In this document: piece by piece, positions 10,025-19,855 of the stretch
Position numbering within the stretch: position 1 is the first letter of the stretch
Layout of the letters: every line of letters starts with the position of its first letter
Assembly (NCBI GenBank): GCA_040766585.1
Contig: JAXGQE010000010.1
Location: forward strand, 63,117-127,116
Reading direction: 5' to 3'
Source: Candidatus Sumerlaeota bacterium
GTDB lineage: Bacteria; Bacillota; SLNR01
DNA: 64,000 nucleotides
The notes under the pieces: generated by a model
Seen by the model: the letters and a program-made list of their open reading frames with translations, nothing else
Databases searched by the model: none
Told to the model about the DNA's origin: nothing
Program-made: the position numbers and the translations under genes

Positions 10025-11104
10025 TTATTGAGGGGGCTGCAGGCGAATGGCTTTGGTGGGGCATTTTTCCTGACAGCAAAAGCAGACAATACACTTTTCT
10101 GAATCCACTCGGGGGTAGCCGTCCATGGTGATGGCACCGGCCGGGCATTCTGCCGCACAGGTACCGCACATGGTGCAGAGATCCTCATCCACCTGGGGAC
10201 GCTGGGCACGGATCCGGGCCCAGAAATCTCCAGAACCGCCGCGTTCCGGTTTCAGATAGCCCTCCGGATGCTTGTAGTCTTGGATGATCGTCAAAGTACC
10301 GTCAACATGGATTTTATCCAGATCTTTTTCACCGAATCCCCGGGCATGGCCCAGTTCGGTGGATCGGATCATGCCGGGGGCGAAGTTCATCATGGCTCCA
10401 ATGACAGCATCCACGGCCACCATGTCGGTACCGGCCAGGATCAGACCCAGGGAGCGTATATCTTCGGAGAAGGGACCGTTCCCTTCCATGGCCAGGATTC
10501 CATCCACAATGGCCAGGTCCGGCGGTCGGATGGAGAATACATCCAGCAAAGCAGCCGGAAAGTCGTACGGGTTTCCGGCGGTAAAATGCAGATTGGCTTT
10601 CTGGGCGCCGGGCAAATACCCGTAGCAGTTTTTGATAGCACCGGACAGGCCGGTAAGGCCATGGGTTTTGAATTTGGGTAAATTGATCACATAATCGGCT
10701 TCCAGAATGGCTTCGGATACTGCCGGATGCGGCAGATACTGAGAATCCAATGTCAGTTCTCGTACCCGGGTACCGAAGTTTTCGTAGTACTCTCCGGCGG
10801 CTTCCAGCAGTCCGGTTTCGGCAAACGATCCCCTATTGGCTCCGTAACTGGATGCTCCGGGGTTATCACCCACGATGATGGAGGCCGGGTGACGGGCTTC
10901 AACCGCTCGCAGTACTGCGGATAAAACGGCCGGGTGGGTTGTAACACCCTCATGGGGTTTGGATCCTCGCAGGACATTGGGCTTTAAGACCACTTTTTTA
11001 CCAGCTAATGGTGGATCGAAACGAGCAAAGATTTCATCCACCACTGCCTGGCAGTTATCGTATTGTGCTGAACGGATCATGACAGTGGGTTTCAACGGTT
11101 TCAT
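10025..11104 (-). CDS. DUF362 domain protein fused to a C-terminal 2x[4Fe-4S] ferredoxin domain
   Basis: ORF 10025-11152; C-terminus CTMCGTCAAECP ... CIVCFCCQEKCP (two CxxCxxCxxxCP motifs). Start ambiguous (ATG 11152, 11104 or 11080; none has an ideal SD). Confidence 0.75.
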   Translation of the reverse strand: MKPLKPTVMIRSAQYDNCQAVVDEIFARFDPPLAGKKVVLKPNVLRGSKPHEGVTTHPAVLSAVLRAVEARHPASIIVGDNPGASSYGANRGSFAETGLLEAAGEYYENFGTRVRELTLDSQYLPHPAVSEAILEADYVINLPKFKTHGLTGLSGAIKNCYGYLPGAQKANLHFTAGNPYDFPAALLDVFSIRPPDLAIVDGILAMEGNGPFSEDIRSLGLILAGTDMVAVDAVIGAMMNFAPGMIRSTELGHARGFGEKDLDKIHVDGTLTIIQDYKHPEGYLKPERGGSGDFWARIRAQRPQVDEDLCTMCGTCAAECPAGAITMDGYPRVDSEKCIVCFCCQEKCPTKAIRLQPPQ

Positions 11105-11188
11105 CCTCTCTCTATGAATTGGTGATATATCATTTCGCGGTGGGAACACCATTTCCTTTTTCAGCCGCTAAGCGGAAGGGGTTGTCGG

Positions 11189-12475
11189 ATGAGCGTATTT
11201 CAAAGCAAGGCACTGCCCAACGGGACCGTGCTGCACGTGTACCCGACCGAACAGTTTAAAGAAACACGGATGGATTTGTTTTTGCACCACAATCTGGGAC
11301 CGGATACGACCCGGACAGCCCTGCTTTCCCAGGTGCTGATGCGGGGATCGGCCGCATTTCCCACCATGAAGGCCATAGAAAAAGAACTGGCAGCCCTTTT
11401 TGGCGCTTCGGTGGGAAGCCGCATGCAAAAAAAAGGCGAGCGCCATCTGCTGGGCATTTCGGTAAGCGGTGTGGGTGAGAAGTATCTGGACGAGGCCATA
11501 CCCGTTTTGGAACGCAGCATCGTTTTGGCTTCGGATCTTCTGCTGCATCCGGTGCTGGAAAACCAGGTATTCCGGACCGATTATGTGCAGCAGGAGAAAA
11601 AATCACTGCGGGAAGCCATTGAAAGCATTTACAACGACAAACGTTCGTATGCGTACAAACGCTGCGTGGAAATCATGTGTGCCGGGGAAGAATACCGCCG
11701 GCATCCATATGGAAATGTGGAGGATCTGGATGCCATCGAAAGCGGCGATCTGTACGCATTCTACCGCAGACTGCTGACAGAAAACCCACTGGAACTGTAT
11801 GTGGTGGGCCGGGTGGACCCGGAAAGACTCTACGATCACTGCGCCCGATATTTTTCCCACCCGAGAACCGGTACCGCTGTAATGAGGGCGACGGAACGGG
11901 TTGCACCGCCTGCGGCGCCCCGCCGTGTGGTGGAAGAAGAACCCGTGCAGCAGGGAAAGCTGGTGGTGGGTTACCGCACAACCTACGGGGTGGAGGATCC
12001 GGAATACTATGCCATGCTTATGTACAATCAGATTCTGGGCGGCAGCGGGAACTCCAAACTGTTTATGAATGTGCGGGAGAAAGCCAGCCTGGCCTATTAT
12101 GTGTCGTCCAACATAGAAGGAGCCAAAGGGGTGATGTTTATCCAGGCGGGAATTGAACCGGATACCCTGGATCAGACCCTGGAGATCATAGACCGGCAGC
12201 TGGAAGATATGAACCAGGGACAGATCAGCGATACTGAATGGCTCCAGAGCCGGGAAACCCTTTTGGAATCCATGCAAAAACTCAGCGATTCTCCGGGCGC
12301 TCTGATTCAACTGGGGCTGTCGGGACGCTTGTACAACCGGACCCAGTCGGCGGCGGAAATCATGGAACGGATCCGGGCGGTGAGCCTGGATGATGTGGTG
12401 CGGGTTGCAGGTTCCATGGTGCAGGATACCGTCTACTTCCTGACCGGAAAGAAAGGAGGGTCCAGTCCATCATGA
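11189..12475 (+). CDS. M16 (pitrilysin)-family peptidase-like protein, probably the non-catalytic partner subunit
   Basis: 428 aa with M16 fold-like sequence but no HxxEH motif seen; stop overlaps the start of the next M16 gene. RBS GGAAGGGG upstream. Confidence 0.75.
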   Translation: MSVFQSKALPNGTVLHVYPTEQFKETRMDLFLHHNLGPDTTRTALLSQVLMRGSAAFPTMKAIEKELAALFGASVGSRMQKKGERHLLGISVSGVGEKYLDEAIPVLERSIVLASDLLLHPVLENQVFRTDYVQQEKKSLREAIESIYNDKRSYAYKRCVEIMCAGEEYRRHPYGNVEDLDAIESGDLYAFYRRLLTENPLELYVVGRVDPERLYDHCARYFSHPRTGTAVMRATERVAPPAAPRRVVEEEPVQQGKLVVGYRTTYGVEDPEYYAMLMYNQILGGSGNSKLFMNVREKASLAYYVSSNIEGAKGVMFIQAGIEPDTLDQTLEIIDRQLEDMNQGQISDTEWLQSRETLLESMQKLSDSPGALIQLGLSGRLYNRTQSAAEIMERIRAVSLDDVVRVAGSMVQDTVYFLTGKKGGSSPS

Positions 12476-13752
12476 ACATCCACCATCACGGTCGTCTGCA
12501 GGAAATGGTCATCAGTGAAAAGCTGGACTGCGGTTTGGAAGTCCATGTGATTCCCAAGAAAGGATTCTCCGAGAAATATGCGGTGCTTACCACCCGATTC
12601 GGTTCGGTGGATCATTCGTTTGTTCACCCGGAGACCGGCACGGTACAAACCGTTCCGGACGGGATCGCTCATTTTCTGGAGCATACTCTGTTTGAAAAAG
12701 AAGACGGGAACATTTCCGACCGGTTTTCCAATCGGGGCGCATACCACAACGCCTATACCAGTTTCACTTCAACTTCGTATCTGTTTTCCTGTGCCCGCGA
12801 CTTTTCGGAAAACCTGACTACCCTGATGGATCTGGCCTACCACCCATATTTCACAGAAGCATCTGTGGAAAAGGAAAAGGGCATCATCGAGCAGGAAATC
12901 ATCATGTACGATGATCTGCCCCACTGGAAAGTGTACCAGAACCTGCTGGAGGCCATGTATCAGGTCCATCCGGTGCGGATCAACATTGCCGGAAGCGTGC
13001 CATCCATCCGTTCCATTACCGCCGAAACGCTGGCTGACTGTCACCGGATTTTTTATCATCCCCAGAATATGGCGCTGTACTGCGCAGGGGATCTGGATGC
13101 CGAGCAGGTTATTCGATCGGCGTCCGGATACATGGAACGAATTCAGCTGCCTCCCTTTGATCCCGTGAAGCGGCAGATCCCGGATGAACCGGCGGCTGTG
13201 GCTCATTCAGAGGTGGTGGAAAAGGGTGCGGTACTGAGGCCGCTGGTGATGATGGGCTGGAAAGAGGCGGATCCATCTGCCGATGCCCGCACGGCACTGA
13301 TGCGGGAACTGGAAAATGAGATCATTATGGAAGCTCTGTTCGGCAAAGGATCGGATCTGTTCAACGATCTCTATGAATCCGGGGTACTGTCCAGCCAACT
13401 GGATCTTGATTACAGCAATGCACCCCATTACGGGTATGCCCTGATCGGAACCGAAACGGAAAAACCGGATGTGCTGATTGAACAAATCGGGAAAACGCTG
13501 CAGCGGGTTCGAAAAAACGGGCTGGATCCCCGTTTGTTTGAAGAATCCAGACGGCGAATCGCCGGAAGCTTTATTCAGACTTTTGATCATATGGAACGGT
13601 TGGTCAATGCCTTTGTGTCCACATACCATCGGGGATTTCTCTTTTTCGATTACGACACAGCCCTGCGAGAAGTGTCCTTATCCGGTGTGCGGGAACGCCT
13701 CAGTGAATTCTGGATTCCGGATGAATGCAGTGTGTCCATCGTCCAGCCGTAA
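12472..13752 (+). CDS. M16-family zinc peptidase (catalytic subunit)
   Basis: Inverted zinc-binding motif HFLEH (HxxEH) near the N-terminus; 426 aa; translationally coupled to the preceding M16-like gene. Confidence 0.8.
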   Translation: MNIHHHGRLQEMVISEKLDCGLEVHVIPKKGFSEKYAVLTTRFGSVDHSFVHPETGTVQTVPDGIAHFLEHTLFEKEDGNISDRFSNRGAYHNAYTSFTSTSYLFSCARDFSENLTTLMDLAYHPYFTEASVEKEKGIIEQEIIMYDDLPHWKVYQNLLEAMYQVHPVRINIAGSVPSIRSITAETLADCHRIFYHPQNMALYCAGDLDAEQVIRSASGYMERIQLPPFDPVKRQIPDEPAAVAHSEVVEKGAVLRPLVMMGWKEADPSADARTALMRELENEIIMEALFGKGSDLFNDLYESGVLSSQLDLDYSNAPHYGYALIGTETEKPDVLIEQIGKTLQRVRKNGLDPRLFEESRRRIAGSFIQTFDHMERLVNAFVSTYHRGFLFFDYDTALREVSLSGVRERLSEFWIPDECSVSIVQP

Positions 13753-13780
13753 CTTATATCCGTAGAATGTTTGAGTATCA

Positions 13781-13811
13781 AACAGCTGTCCCATAGGGGC
13801 AGCTGATTTTT
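13781..13811 (+). terminator. probable intrinsic terminator after the M16 gene pair
   Basis: Imperfect hairpin CAGCTGTCCC/GGGGCAGCTG followed by ATTTTTAT. Confidence 0.5.
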
Positions 13812-14033
13812 ATGAAAATCTACGTGTGCTGCCATCGGTGTTTTCCACGGTCAGAACTGCCGGATAAGTACGGGACTTGTCAGATAATCCATCCGTGGGG
13901 TTTACGATTTCCGGTCAGTTTCGGATGATTCCTGAGAATGTTTTCTGATGAGAAATTATCCGGATACCATGCAGGAATTCCAGAAGATTTATCTAATCAT
14001 TCAGGAATTCTTTCTTTCAGGGGAGTGACAATC

Positions 14034-14888
14034 ATGATGATTCAGATACTGGGCACAGCCCAGGACGGAGGTGTACCGCAAGTGGCATGTCAATGTCCGA
14101 CCTGCACCGATGCTCGACGCCATCCCGAACGGATGCGCAAGGGGCCGTCCATCGGCATCTACGATGAAGTGAACGGGCATGCATATATCGTGGATGCATC
14201 CCCCCATTTTGACATTCAGCTGGAGATGCTGTGGCAGGCGGTTCGCCAGGTTCGCATACCCGGACCGTTTCCGCTGGATGCTCTGTTTTTGACCCACGGT
14301 CATTTTGGCCATTACTGGGGATTGGGCTATCTGGGAAAAGAGGCCTGCAGCAGCCGGGAACTGCCGGTCTACTGTACCCGGGATATGCTGGACTTTCTGA
14401 GTGCAAACAGGCCCTTCGCCGATCTGATCCAGAGGAAAAACATTGTGTTCCATCCCATCGAGGATGGGCTGGAAATTCCGGTTCATCCCGACTTAACGGT
14501 GATTCCTTATGCCGTGGAACACCGCCGGGATGTTACCGATACTGTGGGCTATATCCTGAAAGGAAAGATGAAAACCGCTTTGTATATCCCGGATATGGAC
14601 GATGTCACAGAAGGGATTGTGGGAAAAATTGCTCAGGCGGATATCGCCCTCATTGACGGATGCTTCTACTCCGGAGCGGAGCTGCCGGGAAGGGATATGC
14701 GGGAGGTACCGCACCCGCTGATTCCCGATGCCATGGATCGGCTGCAGGAATTGGCAGCCTCTACCGACATCGTTTTTACTCATTTCAACCACACCAATTT
14801 AGCCATTCGACCGGACAGCGAGGAGAGCCGCAGAGTAATTGACCGGGGCTTTTCCCTGGCCCGGGACGGAGACGAATGGGCGATTTAG
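14034..14888 (+). CDS. PqqB-like metallo-beta-lactamase-fold protein
   Basis: ORF 13938-14888, start at ATG 14034 behind GGGGAG (8-nt spacing); N-terminus MMIQILGTAQDGGVPQVACQCPTC resembles PqqB; HxHxDH-like LTHGHFGHY. Confidence 0.7.
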   Translation: MMIQILGTAQDGGVPQVACQCPTCTDARRHPERMRKGPSIGIYDEVNGHAYIVDASPHFDIQLEMLWQAVRQVRIPGPFPLDALFLTHGHFGHYWGLGYLGKEACSSRELPVYCTRDMLDFLSANRPFADLIQRKNIVFHPIEDGLEIPVHPDLTVIPYAVEHRRDVTDTVGYILKGKMKTALYIPDMDDVTEGIVGKIAQADIALIDGCFYSGAELPGRDMREVPHPLIPDAMDRLQELAASTDIVFTHFNHTNLAIRPDSEESRRVIDRGFSLARDGDEWAI

Positions 14889-14903
14889 AAGCGGCATCGA
14901 AAC

Positions 14904-14937
14904 GAGCAATCTGCTGAGCAGGTTGCTTTTTTTTTTG
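14904..14937 (+). terminator. intrinsic terminator
   Basis: Hairpin GCAATCTGC/GCAGGTTGC followed by a 10-T run (14927-14936). Confidence 0.8.
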
Positions 14938-14962
14938 ATGAAATCATAAAATCTTGAAAACG

Positions 14963-14976
14963 GTAACAATTGTTAC
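14963..14976. promoter_or_regulatory. perfect 14-bp palindrome GTAACAATTGTTAC centred about 41.5 bp upstream of the predicted cupin-hcp transcription start; candidate CRP/FNR-family operator
   Basis: Seen directly; extended -10 TGtTATACT at 14997-15004 puts the start near 15011, so the palindrome centre (14969/14970) sits at about -41.5. Confidence 0.45.
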
Positions 14977-15050
14977 GAACATTTCAGGAGTACGGGTGTA
15001 TACTGAGGGTGAGATCCATAAGATGAACGGGATAGAAGGGAGGCTCTGCA

Positions 15051-15377
15051 ATGATTGAAACGATCTTTCAGTGGGTACAAAAAGATGGCAAACAGGTGGA
15101 CAAGGTGATCCAGGATGAGAATGTCCACTACATTCACATGGTATTTCCTCAAGGGGAAGGATTGCCCCAGCATGTATCGAATTCCAACGTATACATGACT
15201 GTCCTGAGAGGTACACTGTCCATTGGACTGAGTGAACAAGATACCCATGAATACGCACCGGGAAATGTCCTGAAGATCCCCCAGGGAGTAGTAATGAATG
15301 TAGGGAACAAGCATCCGGAAACACTGGAACTGATTGTGGTCAAAGCCCCGGCGCCCAAAAGCTCTGGACAGGCATAA
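15051..15377 (+). CDS. cupin-domain protein
   Basis: 108 aa, small beta-barrel-like sequence; RBS GGGAGG 7 nt upstream; immediately precedes hcp. Confidence 0.6.
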   Translation: MIETIFQWVQKDGKQVDKVIQDENVHYIHMVFPQGEGLPQHVSNSNVYMTVLRGTLSIGLSEQDTHEYAPGNVLKIPQGVVMNVGNKHPETLELIVVKAPAPKSSGQA

Positions 15378-15398
15378 AAATATGAGGAGGTATGATCC

Positions 15399-17027
15399 AT
15401 GAGTATGTTTTGTTTTCAATGCCAGGAGACAGCCAACAATACCGGCTGCACCATTCGCGGTGTGTGCGGCAAGAAAGAAGAAGTAGCCAAACTCCAGGAT
15501 CTGTTGGTATACACAACCAAAGGATTAGCTGATATCGTAGTAAAAGGGAAAATGGACGCCAAAGATATTCCCCAGGTTAACTATCAGATGTTCAACAGTC
15601 TCTTTATGACCATTACCAACGCCAACTTCGACGATGGATCCCTGGAAAAACAGATTATGAAGATGATGGGGGTTCGGGATGAAATGAGAGCCAAGGTCAG
15701 CGGTGTGGACCTTCATGATGCCGCTACATTCACCGTGGATACCCGGGACAGCATGCTGGAGAAAGCGTCCCAGGTGGGAGTGCTCTCTGAAGAAAACGAA
15801 GATATTCGATCTTTGAAAGAAACCGTAACCTATGGACTGAAAGGGATGGCGGCCTATACGGAGCATGCGGTGAATATTGGTATGGATGCATCGGAAATTG
15901 CTGATTTCATGTACGATACTCTGGCCAAACTGCTGACACCCATGGGTGCCGATGAGCTGGTGGCTCTGGTACTGAAAACCGGCGAATACGGTGTCAAGTC
16001 CATGGCTCTGCTGGATGAAGCCAACACCTCCCGCTACGGGCATCCGGAAATCACCCAGGTGGATATCGGAGTTCGAAACAATCCGGCCATCCTGATTACC
16101 GGGCATGACCTGGTGGATCTGGAACAGCTGTTGGAACAGACCCGAGGAACCGGCGTGGATGTCTACACCCATGGAGAAATGCTTCCGGCCCAGTACTATC
16201 CATTCTTTAAGAAGTATGATCATTTTGCCGGCAACTACGGGAATTCCTGGTGGAAACAGCTGGAAGAGTTTGTCACCTTCAAGGGACCGATTCTTTTCAC
16301 CACCAACTGCATAGTTCCGCCGAAAAGCGAAGAAGTACGGCAGAGGATTTTCACAACCGGTTCCACCGGATATCCGGGCTGCACCCATATTGTGCCGGAT
16401 GAAAACGGCAAGAAAGATTTCAGTGCGGTCATCGAAATGGCTAAAAAACTTCCGGCTCCGGAAGCCATTGAACACGGTTCCATCGTGGGGGGCTTTGCCC
16501 GCAACCAGGTGCTGGCTCTGGCTGACAAGGTCATTGACGCCGTCAAATCCGGCGCCATCAAGAAATTCTTTGTCATGGCCGGCTGCGACGGTCGGATGAA
16601 ATCCCGGGAGTACTACACGGAATTTGCCGCTAAACTGCCCAAAGATACCGTAATCCTGACGGCAGGCTGCGCCAAGTACCGCTACAATAAACTGGATCTG
16701 GGCGATATCGGCGGGATTCCCCGAGTGCTGGATGCCGGTCAGTGCAACGACTGCTATTCTTTGGCTGTGATTGCCATGAAACTGAAGGAAGCATTCGCTC
16801 TGGATGATATCAATGATCTCCCCATTGCCTATAATATCTCCTGGTACGAACAGAAAGCCGTCATTGTGTTGCTGGCGCTGCTGTACCTGGGAGTGAAGAA
16901 CATTCATTTGGGACCCACACTGCCGGGCTTTTTGTCCCCCAATGTAGCCAAGGTGCTGGTGGACAATTTCAATATCGGCGGGATCACTACTGTGGACCAA
17001 GACATGGCCATGTTTTTGGCAGAATAG
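15399..17027 (+). CDS. hcp: hydroxylamine reductase (hybrid-cluster protein)
   Basis: N-terminus [25 protein letters not shown] is the Hcp cysteine motif; 542 aa; RBS GAGGAGG 8 nt upstream. Confidence 0.93.
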   Translation: MSMFCFQCQETANNTGCTIRGVCGKKEEVAKLQDLLVYTTKGLADIVVKGKMDAKDIPQVNYQMFNSLFMTITNANFDDGSLEKQIMKMMGVRDEMRAKVSGVDLHDAATFTVDTRDSMLEKASQVGVLSEENEDIRSLKETVTYGLKGMAAYTEHAVNIGMDASEIADFMYDTLAKLLTPMGADELVALVLKTGEYGVKSMALLDEANTSRYGHPEITQVDIGVRNNPAILITGHDLVDLEQLLEQTRGTGVDVYTHGEMLPAQYYPFFKKYDHFAGNYGNSWWKQLEEFVTFKGPILFTTNCIVPPKSEEVRQRIFTTGSTGYPGCTHIVPDENGKKDFSAVIEMAKKLPAPEAIEHGSIVGGFARNQVLALADKVIDAVKSGAIKKFFVMAGCDGRMKSREYYTEFAAKLPKDTVILTAGCAKYRYNKLDLGDIGGIPRVLDAGQCNDCYSLAVIAMKLKEAFALDDINDLPIAYNISWYEQKAVIVLLALLYLGVKNIHLGPTLPGFLSPNVAKVLVDNFNIGGITTVDQDMAMFLAE

Positions 17028-17060
17028 AGGAGAAGTAGACAACTTTATGAGAGAAGGCAA

Positions 17061-17097
17061 AAAACACCCGGAAGCGTGAGCTTCCGGGTGTTTTTCT
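17061..17097. terminator. bidirectional intrinsic terminator between hcp and the convergent amidohydrolase gene
   Basis: Stem CACCCGGAAGC/GCTTCCGGGTG with GTGA loop, flanked by an A-run and a T-run. Confidence 0.75.
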
Positions 17098-17110
17098 GCG
17101 GTTGGCTGGA

Positions 17111-18367
17111 TTAAGCCAGCCAGGGTTTGCTTCTCAGTTCTTCCGGTGGATGCGGGTTGGGCACAAAATCGCTGGTGTCCACATCATGTTTCATAACATG
17201 AAGGGTATAGGCGATGGTGGCCATCACTCCCAGAGGAAGCACTTCCTCGTCCACTTCGAAATGGGGATTGTGGTGAGCAGCACCGGTTCCTTTTTCTTCA
17301 TTGGCTATGCCGACGAAGGCAAAGACGCCGGGAGCATACTTCAGGTAAAAAGCCATGGATTCCGAAGCCATCCAGGTGGGTTCGTTCATCAGGTATTCTC
17401 CGCCCATGGCCGTACGGATGGCATCTTCTGCAGCCTTGGACAGCCCAGGGTGATTCATGACAATCATACCGCTGGGATTCAGTCCGGATTTTACATCATA
17501 GGTGCAGTGATGCAGGGCGCAGCAGTGATCCAGGATCTCTTTGGTCCGGGCAGCAGACTTCTTGGATTCTTCCAGATCGGTAACTCGGAAGGACCCGGCA
17601 AATGTCAGTGTTTCCGGAATGATATTGGGAGCGCTGCCGGCGTTGATTTTCCCTACGCTCATGGTGGTGGCTTTAAAGGGATCCAGTGTGGTCATCCGCA
17701 TGGCGTTCATGTTCTGATAGACATCCACGAAGCAGTCTAGGGGGCTATGGGAAAGATCCGGCCGGGATCCGTGGCCGCCCTGGCCTTTGATTTCCACTTC
17801 GAAGAATACACCGGCGGCCATACGGGGACCGGGGTCGACAGAAATCTTTCCGGAAGGCATTCCGGCGTACAGATGGATTCCCCAAATGGCATCCGGCTTT
17901 TCTTCCAGGACCATATTGGAGATCGCCAACGCGCCGTAGCCCATTTCTTCGCCCTGTTCAAACATCAGGACCACTTCGCCATCCAGTTCATCCGCATGTT
18001 CCTTCATGATTTTGGCAGCGGTCAAGAGCATGGATGTGTGGCCATCGTGACCGCAGGCGTGCATGGCGGCATCGGTTTTGGAGCAATATTTTCGCGGGCC
18101 TTTCAGGTTGTCTTCGGCTTCTTTCATGGGCAGTGCGTCGATGTCTGCCCGCAGTCCGATTTTTTTGCCCTTTTTGCCTTTGTTGATCCAGCCGATAATT
18201 CCGCCATCGCGGTCTTCCGCTTCGATGCCCATTTTTTTAAGTTCTTCCATCACCACTTTTTTGGTGTTGGTTTCCTTGCCGCCCACTTCCGGATTTTCAT
18301 GGAAGTAGACATACATCTTCTGCAGGTATTCGGCTTCCTGCTGTACTGCTTTTTTCAGATCCAGCAT
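17111..18367 (-). CDS. M20-family amidohydrolase (N-acyl-amino-acid amidohydrolase / hippurate hydrolase type)
   Basis: 418 aa; metal-binding region MHACGHDGHTSMLL typical of M20D; RBS AAAGGAGGT 7 nt upstream. Confidence 0.88.
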   Translation of the reverse strand: MLDLKKAVQQEAEYLQKMYVYFHENPEVGGKETNTKKVVMEELKKMGIEAEDRDGGIIGWINKGKKGKKIGLRADIDALPMKEAEDNLKGPRKYCSKTDAAMHACGHDGHTSMLLTAAKIMKEHADELDGEVVLMFEQGEEMGYGALAISNMVLEEKPDAIWGIHLYAGMPSGKISVDPGPRMAAGVFFEVEIKGQGGHGSRPDLSHSPLDCFVDVYQNMNAMRMTTLDPFKATTMSVGKINAGSAPNIIPETLTFAGSFRVTDLEESKKSAARTKEILDHCCALHHCTYDVKSGLNPSGMIVMNHPGLSKAAEDAIRTAMGGEYLMNEPTWMASESMAFYLKYAPGVFAFVGIANEEKGTGAAHHNPHFEVDEEVLPLGVMATIAYTLHVMKHDVDTSDFVPNPHPPEELRSKPWLA

Positions 18368-18442
18368 AGAATAACCTCCTTTTGACTTAGCCTGATGCCA
18401 GACCGTGCGCCCGCAGCCCGGGACGCATGTCGTTCATTCAGG

Positions 18443-19855
18443 TTAATAACCGATCCAGTTGATGCTGAAGAGGACATAGATCCAGACAAAGGACAGCAGA
18501 ATCATCCCCACCACAATGGGGAGAGCCCACTTGAACCATTTGTCGAAGGGAACCCCTGCCGCTGCACAAGATCCTACTGTCCAGCCCAGAGCCGGGGAAA
18601 TGATGTTGGTGAAACCGTCGCCGAACTGGAACGCCTGGACCGCCAGCTGAGGATTCATGCCCAATACTTCGGTAATGGGTTTGATGATGGGCATAAGAAT
18701 GGCTGCTTTGCTGGAGGCCGATGGGATGATGGGGTTGATGATGGCGATGATCCCTGTCAGACCAATGGCGGCAATGCCCTGGTCCAGACCCCGCAGCGGG
18801 AGTGTCAGAACGTACACGATGGTATGAGTAATGTTCCCTTCGTTCATGACCAGGGAAACAACACGGGCCATCCCGATGATGAAGCCGACAAATGCCATTC
18901 CGCCCAGTCCTTTGGCGTAGGCATCCCCGATTTCATCGGCCGACAATCCGGCGATGACGCCGCAGAGGACGGCATTGACGGTGGTAACCGCGGTCAGGAA
19001 GTTATATACGCTGCCGCCTTGTCGGGCATAGGTCAGAGAATACCAGACAATCAGCCCGTACTGGCCGAAGAAAAGCAGCAGGATAACGATGTCCCGCCAT
19101 GAAATGTGGGCTTCATGGATGGCACTTTCGCCGCTGTCATCAATGACCTTCAGCCAATCCGTATTGCCCATGGCCGATTTGCTGGGATCTTTCAGAATCC
19201 GGTTGGCGTACCAGAGAACATAGAGGATGGCGATGATTCCGAAGAAGAACATGATGACCATACGCATGCCGAACCCGGAATAGATGGGTACTTCCATCAT
19301 GGACTGGGGAATCAGCAGTTTGTTGGGCCCGGTGCCGAACCCCACCAATGTGGCAAAAGTGGTAACGGCAATGGCCATAATGGGATCCAGCCTCAGTTTT
19401 CTGGCAAAGACCAGACCCACCGGGACCAGTGCAATCAGGTAGTCGCCGCCTCCGAAAGCGCTGAGGATGATCAGCATGCTCATCAGAAGAACGATCAATG
19501 TGTTGGGTCCTTTATCCTTGAGCTTGAAGGTGGCCCAGCTCAAGAAGTTGTCGATGGCCTTGGTGGCCAAAATGACCCCGATGGAGGCTCCTCCGACCAG
19601 TACCACCATGATGATGAATGCAGACTGGACCAAGCCGTCCTGGAACAGGTAAATGGCCCGGAACGGGCTGACCGGTGTCTGTTCATCCCGATAAATGAAG
19701 TTGGATCCATCCACCACTCCATTTTCGTCCACTGCGAAATTTCCTGCGGGGATCACATAGGTCAGCGCGCTCATGATGAGGATCAAACCGATCAGGATCC
19801 ACATCAGATGAGGCATTTTAAAGCCTTTCTTTTTTTCCTTCTTTTCGTCGGCCAT
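18443..19855 (-). CDS. YfcC/DcuC-family membrane transporter
   Basis: ORF 18443-19999, start at ATG 19855 (MADEKKEKKKGF...) behind AGGAGGAGG; many TM helices; 75 nt upstream of the M20 gene on the same strand. Confidence 0.8.
   Translation of the reverse strand: MADEKKEKKKGFKMPHLMWILIGLILIMSALTYVIPAGNFAVDENGVVDGSNFIYRDEQTPVSPFRAIYLFQDGLVQSAFIIMVVLVGGASIGVILATKAIDNFLSWATFKLKDKGPNTLIVLLMSMLIILSAFGGGDYLIALVPVGLVFARKLRLDPIMAIAVTTFATLVGFGTGPNKLLIPQSMMEVPIYSGFGMRMVIMFFFGIIAILYVLWYANRILKDPSKSAMGNTDWLKVIDDSGESAIHEAHISWRDIVILLLFFGQYGLIVWYSLTYARQGGSVYNFLTAVTTVNAVLCGVIAGLSADEIGDAYAKGLGGMAFVGFIIGMARVVSLVMNEGNITHTIVYVLTLPLRGLDQGIAAIGLTGIIAIINPIIPSASSKAAILMPIIKPITEVLGMNPQLAVQAFQFGDGFTNIISPALGWTVGSCAAAGVPFDKWFKWALPIVVGMILLSFVWIYVLFSINWIGY

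Noticed and set aside
11603-12310. 235-aa ORF on the minus strand inside the first M16 gene
   Set aside because: Antisense to a recognisable M16-family gene that is translationally coupled to its partner.
14034-14888. PQQ biosynthesis locus (because of the PqqB-like gene and M16 peptidases)
   Set aside because: No pqqA, pqqC, pqqD or radical-SAM pqqE anywhere in the window; PqqB-like proteins occur outside PQQ pathways.
15525-17060. 511-aa ORF on the minus strand
   Set aside because: Entirely antisense to hcp, whose product carries unmistakable hybrid-cluster motifs; long antisense ORFs are expected by chance in GC-rich DNA; no RBS.
17102-18385. Two 212-aa plus-strand ORFs (17102-17740 and 17747-18385)
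   Set aside because: Both antisense to the M20 amidohydrolase, which has clear metal-binding motifs and a strong RBS.
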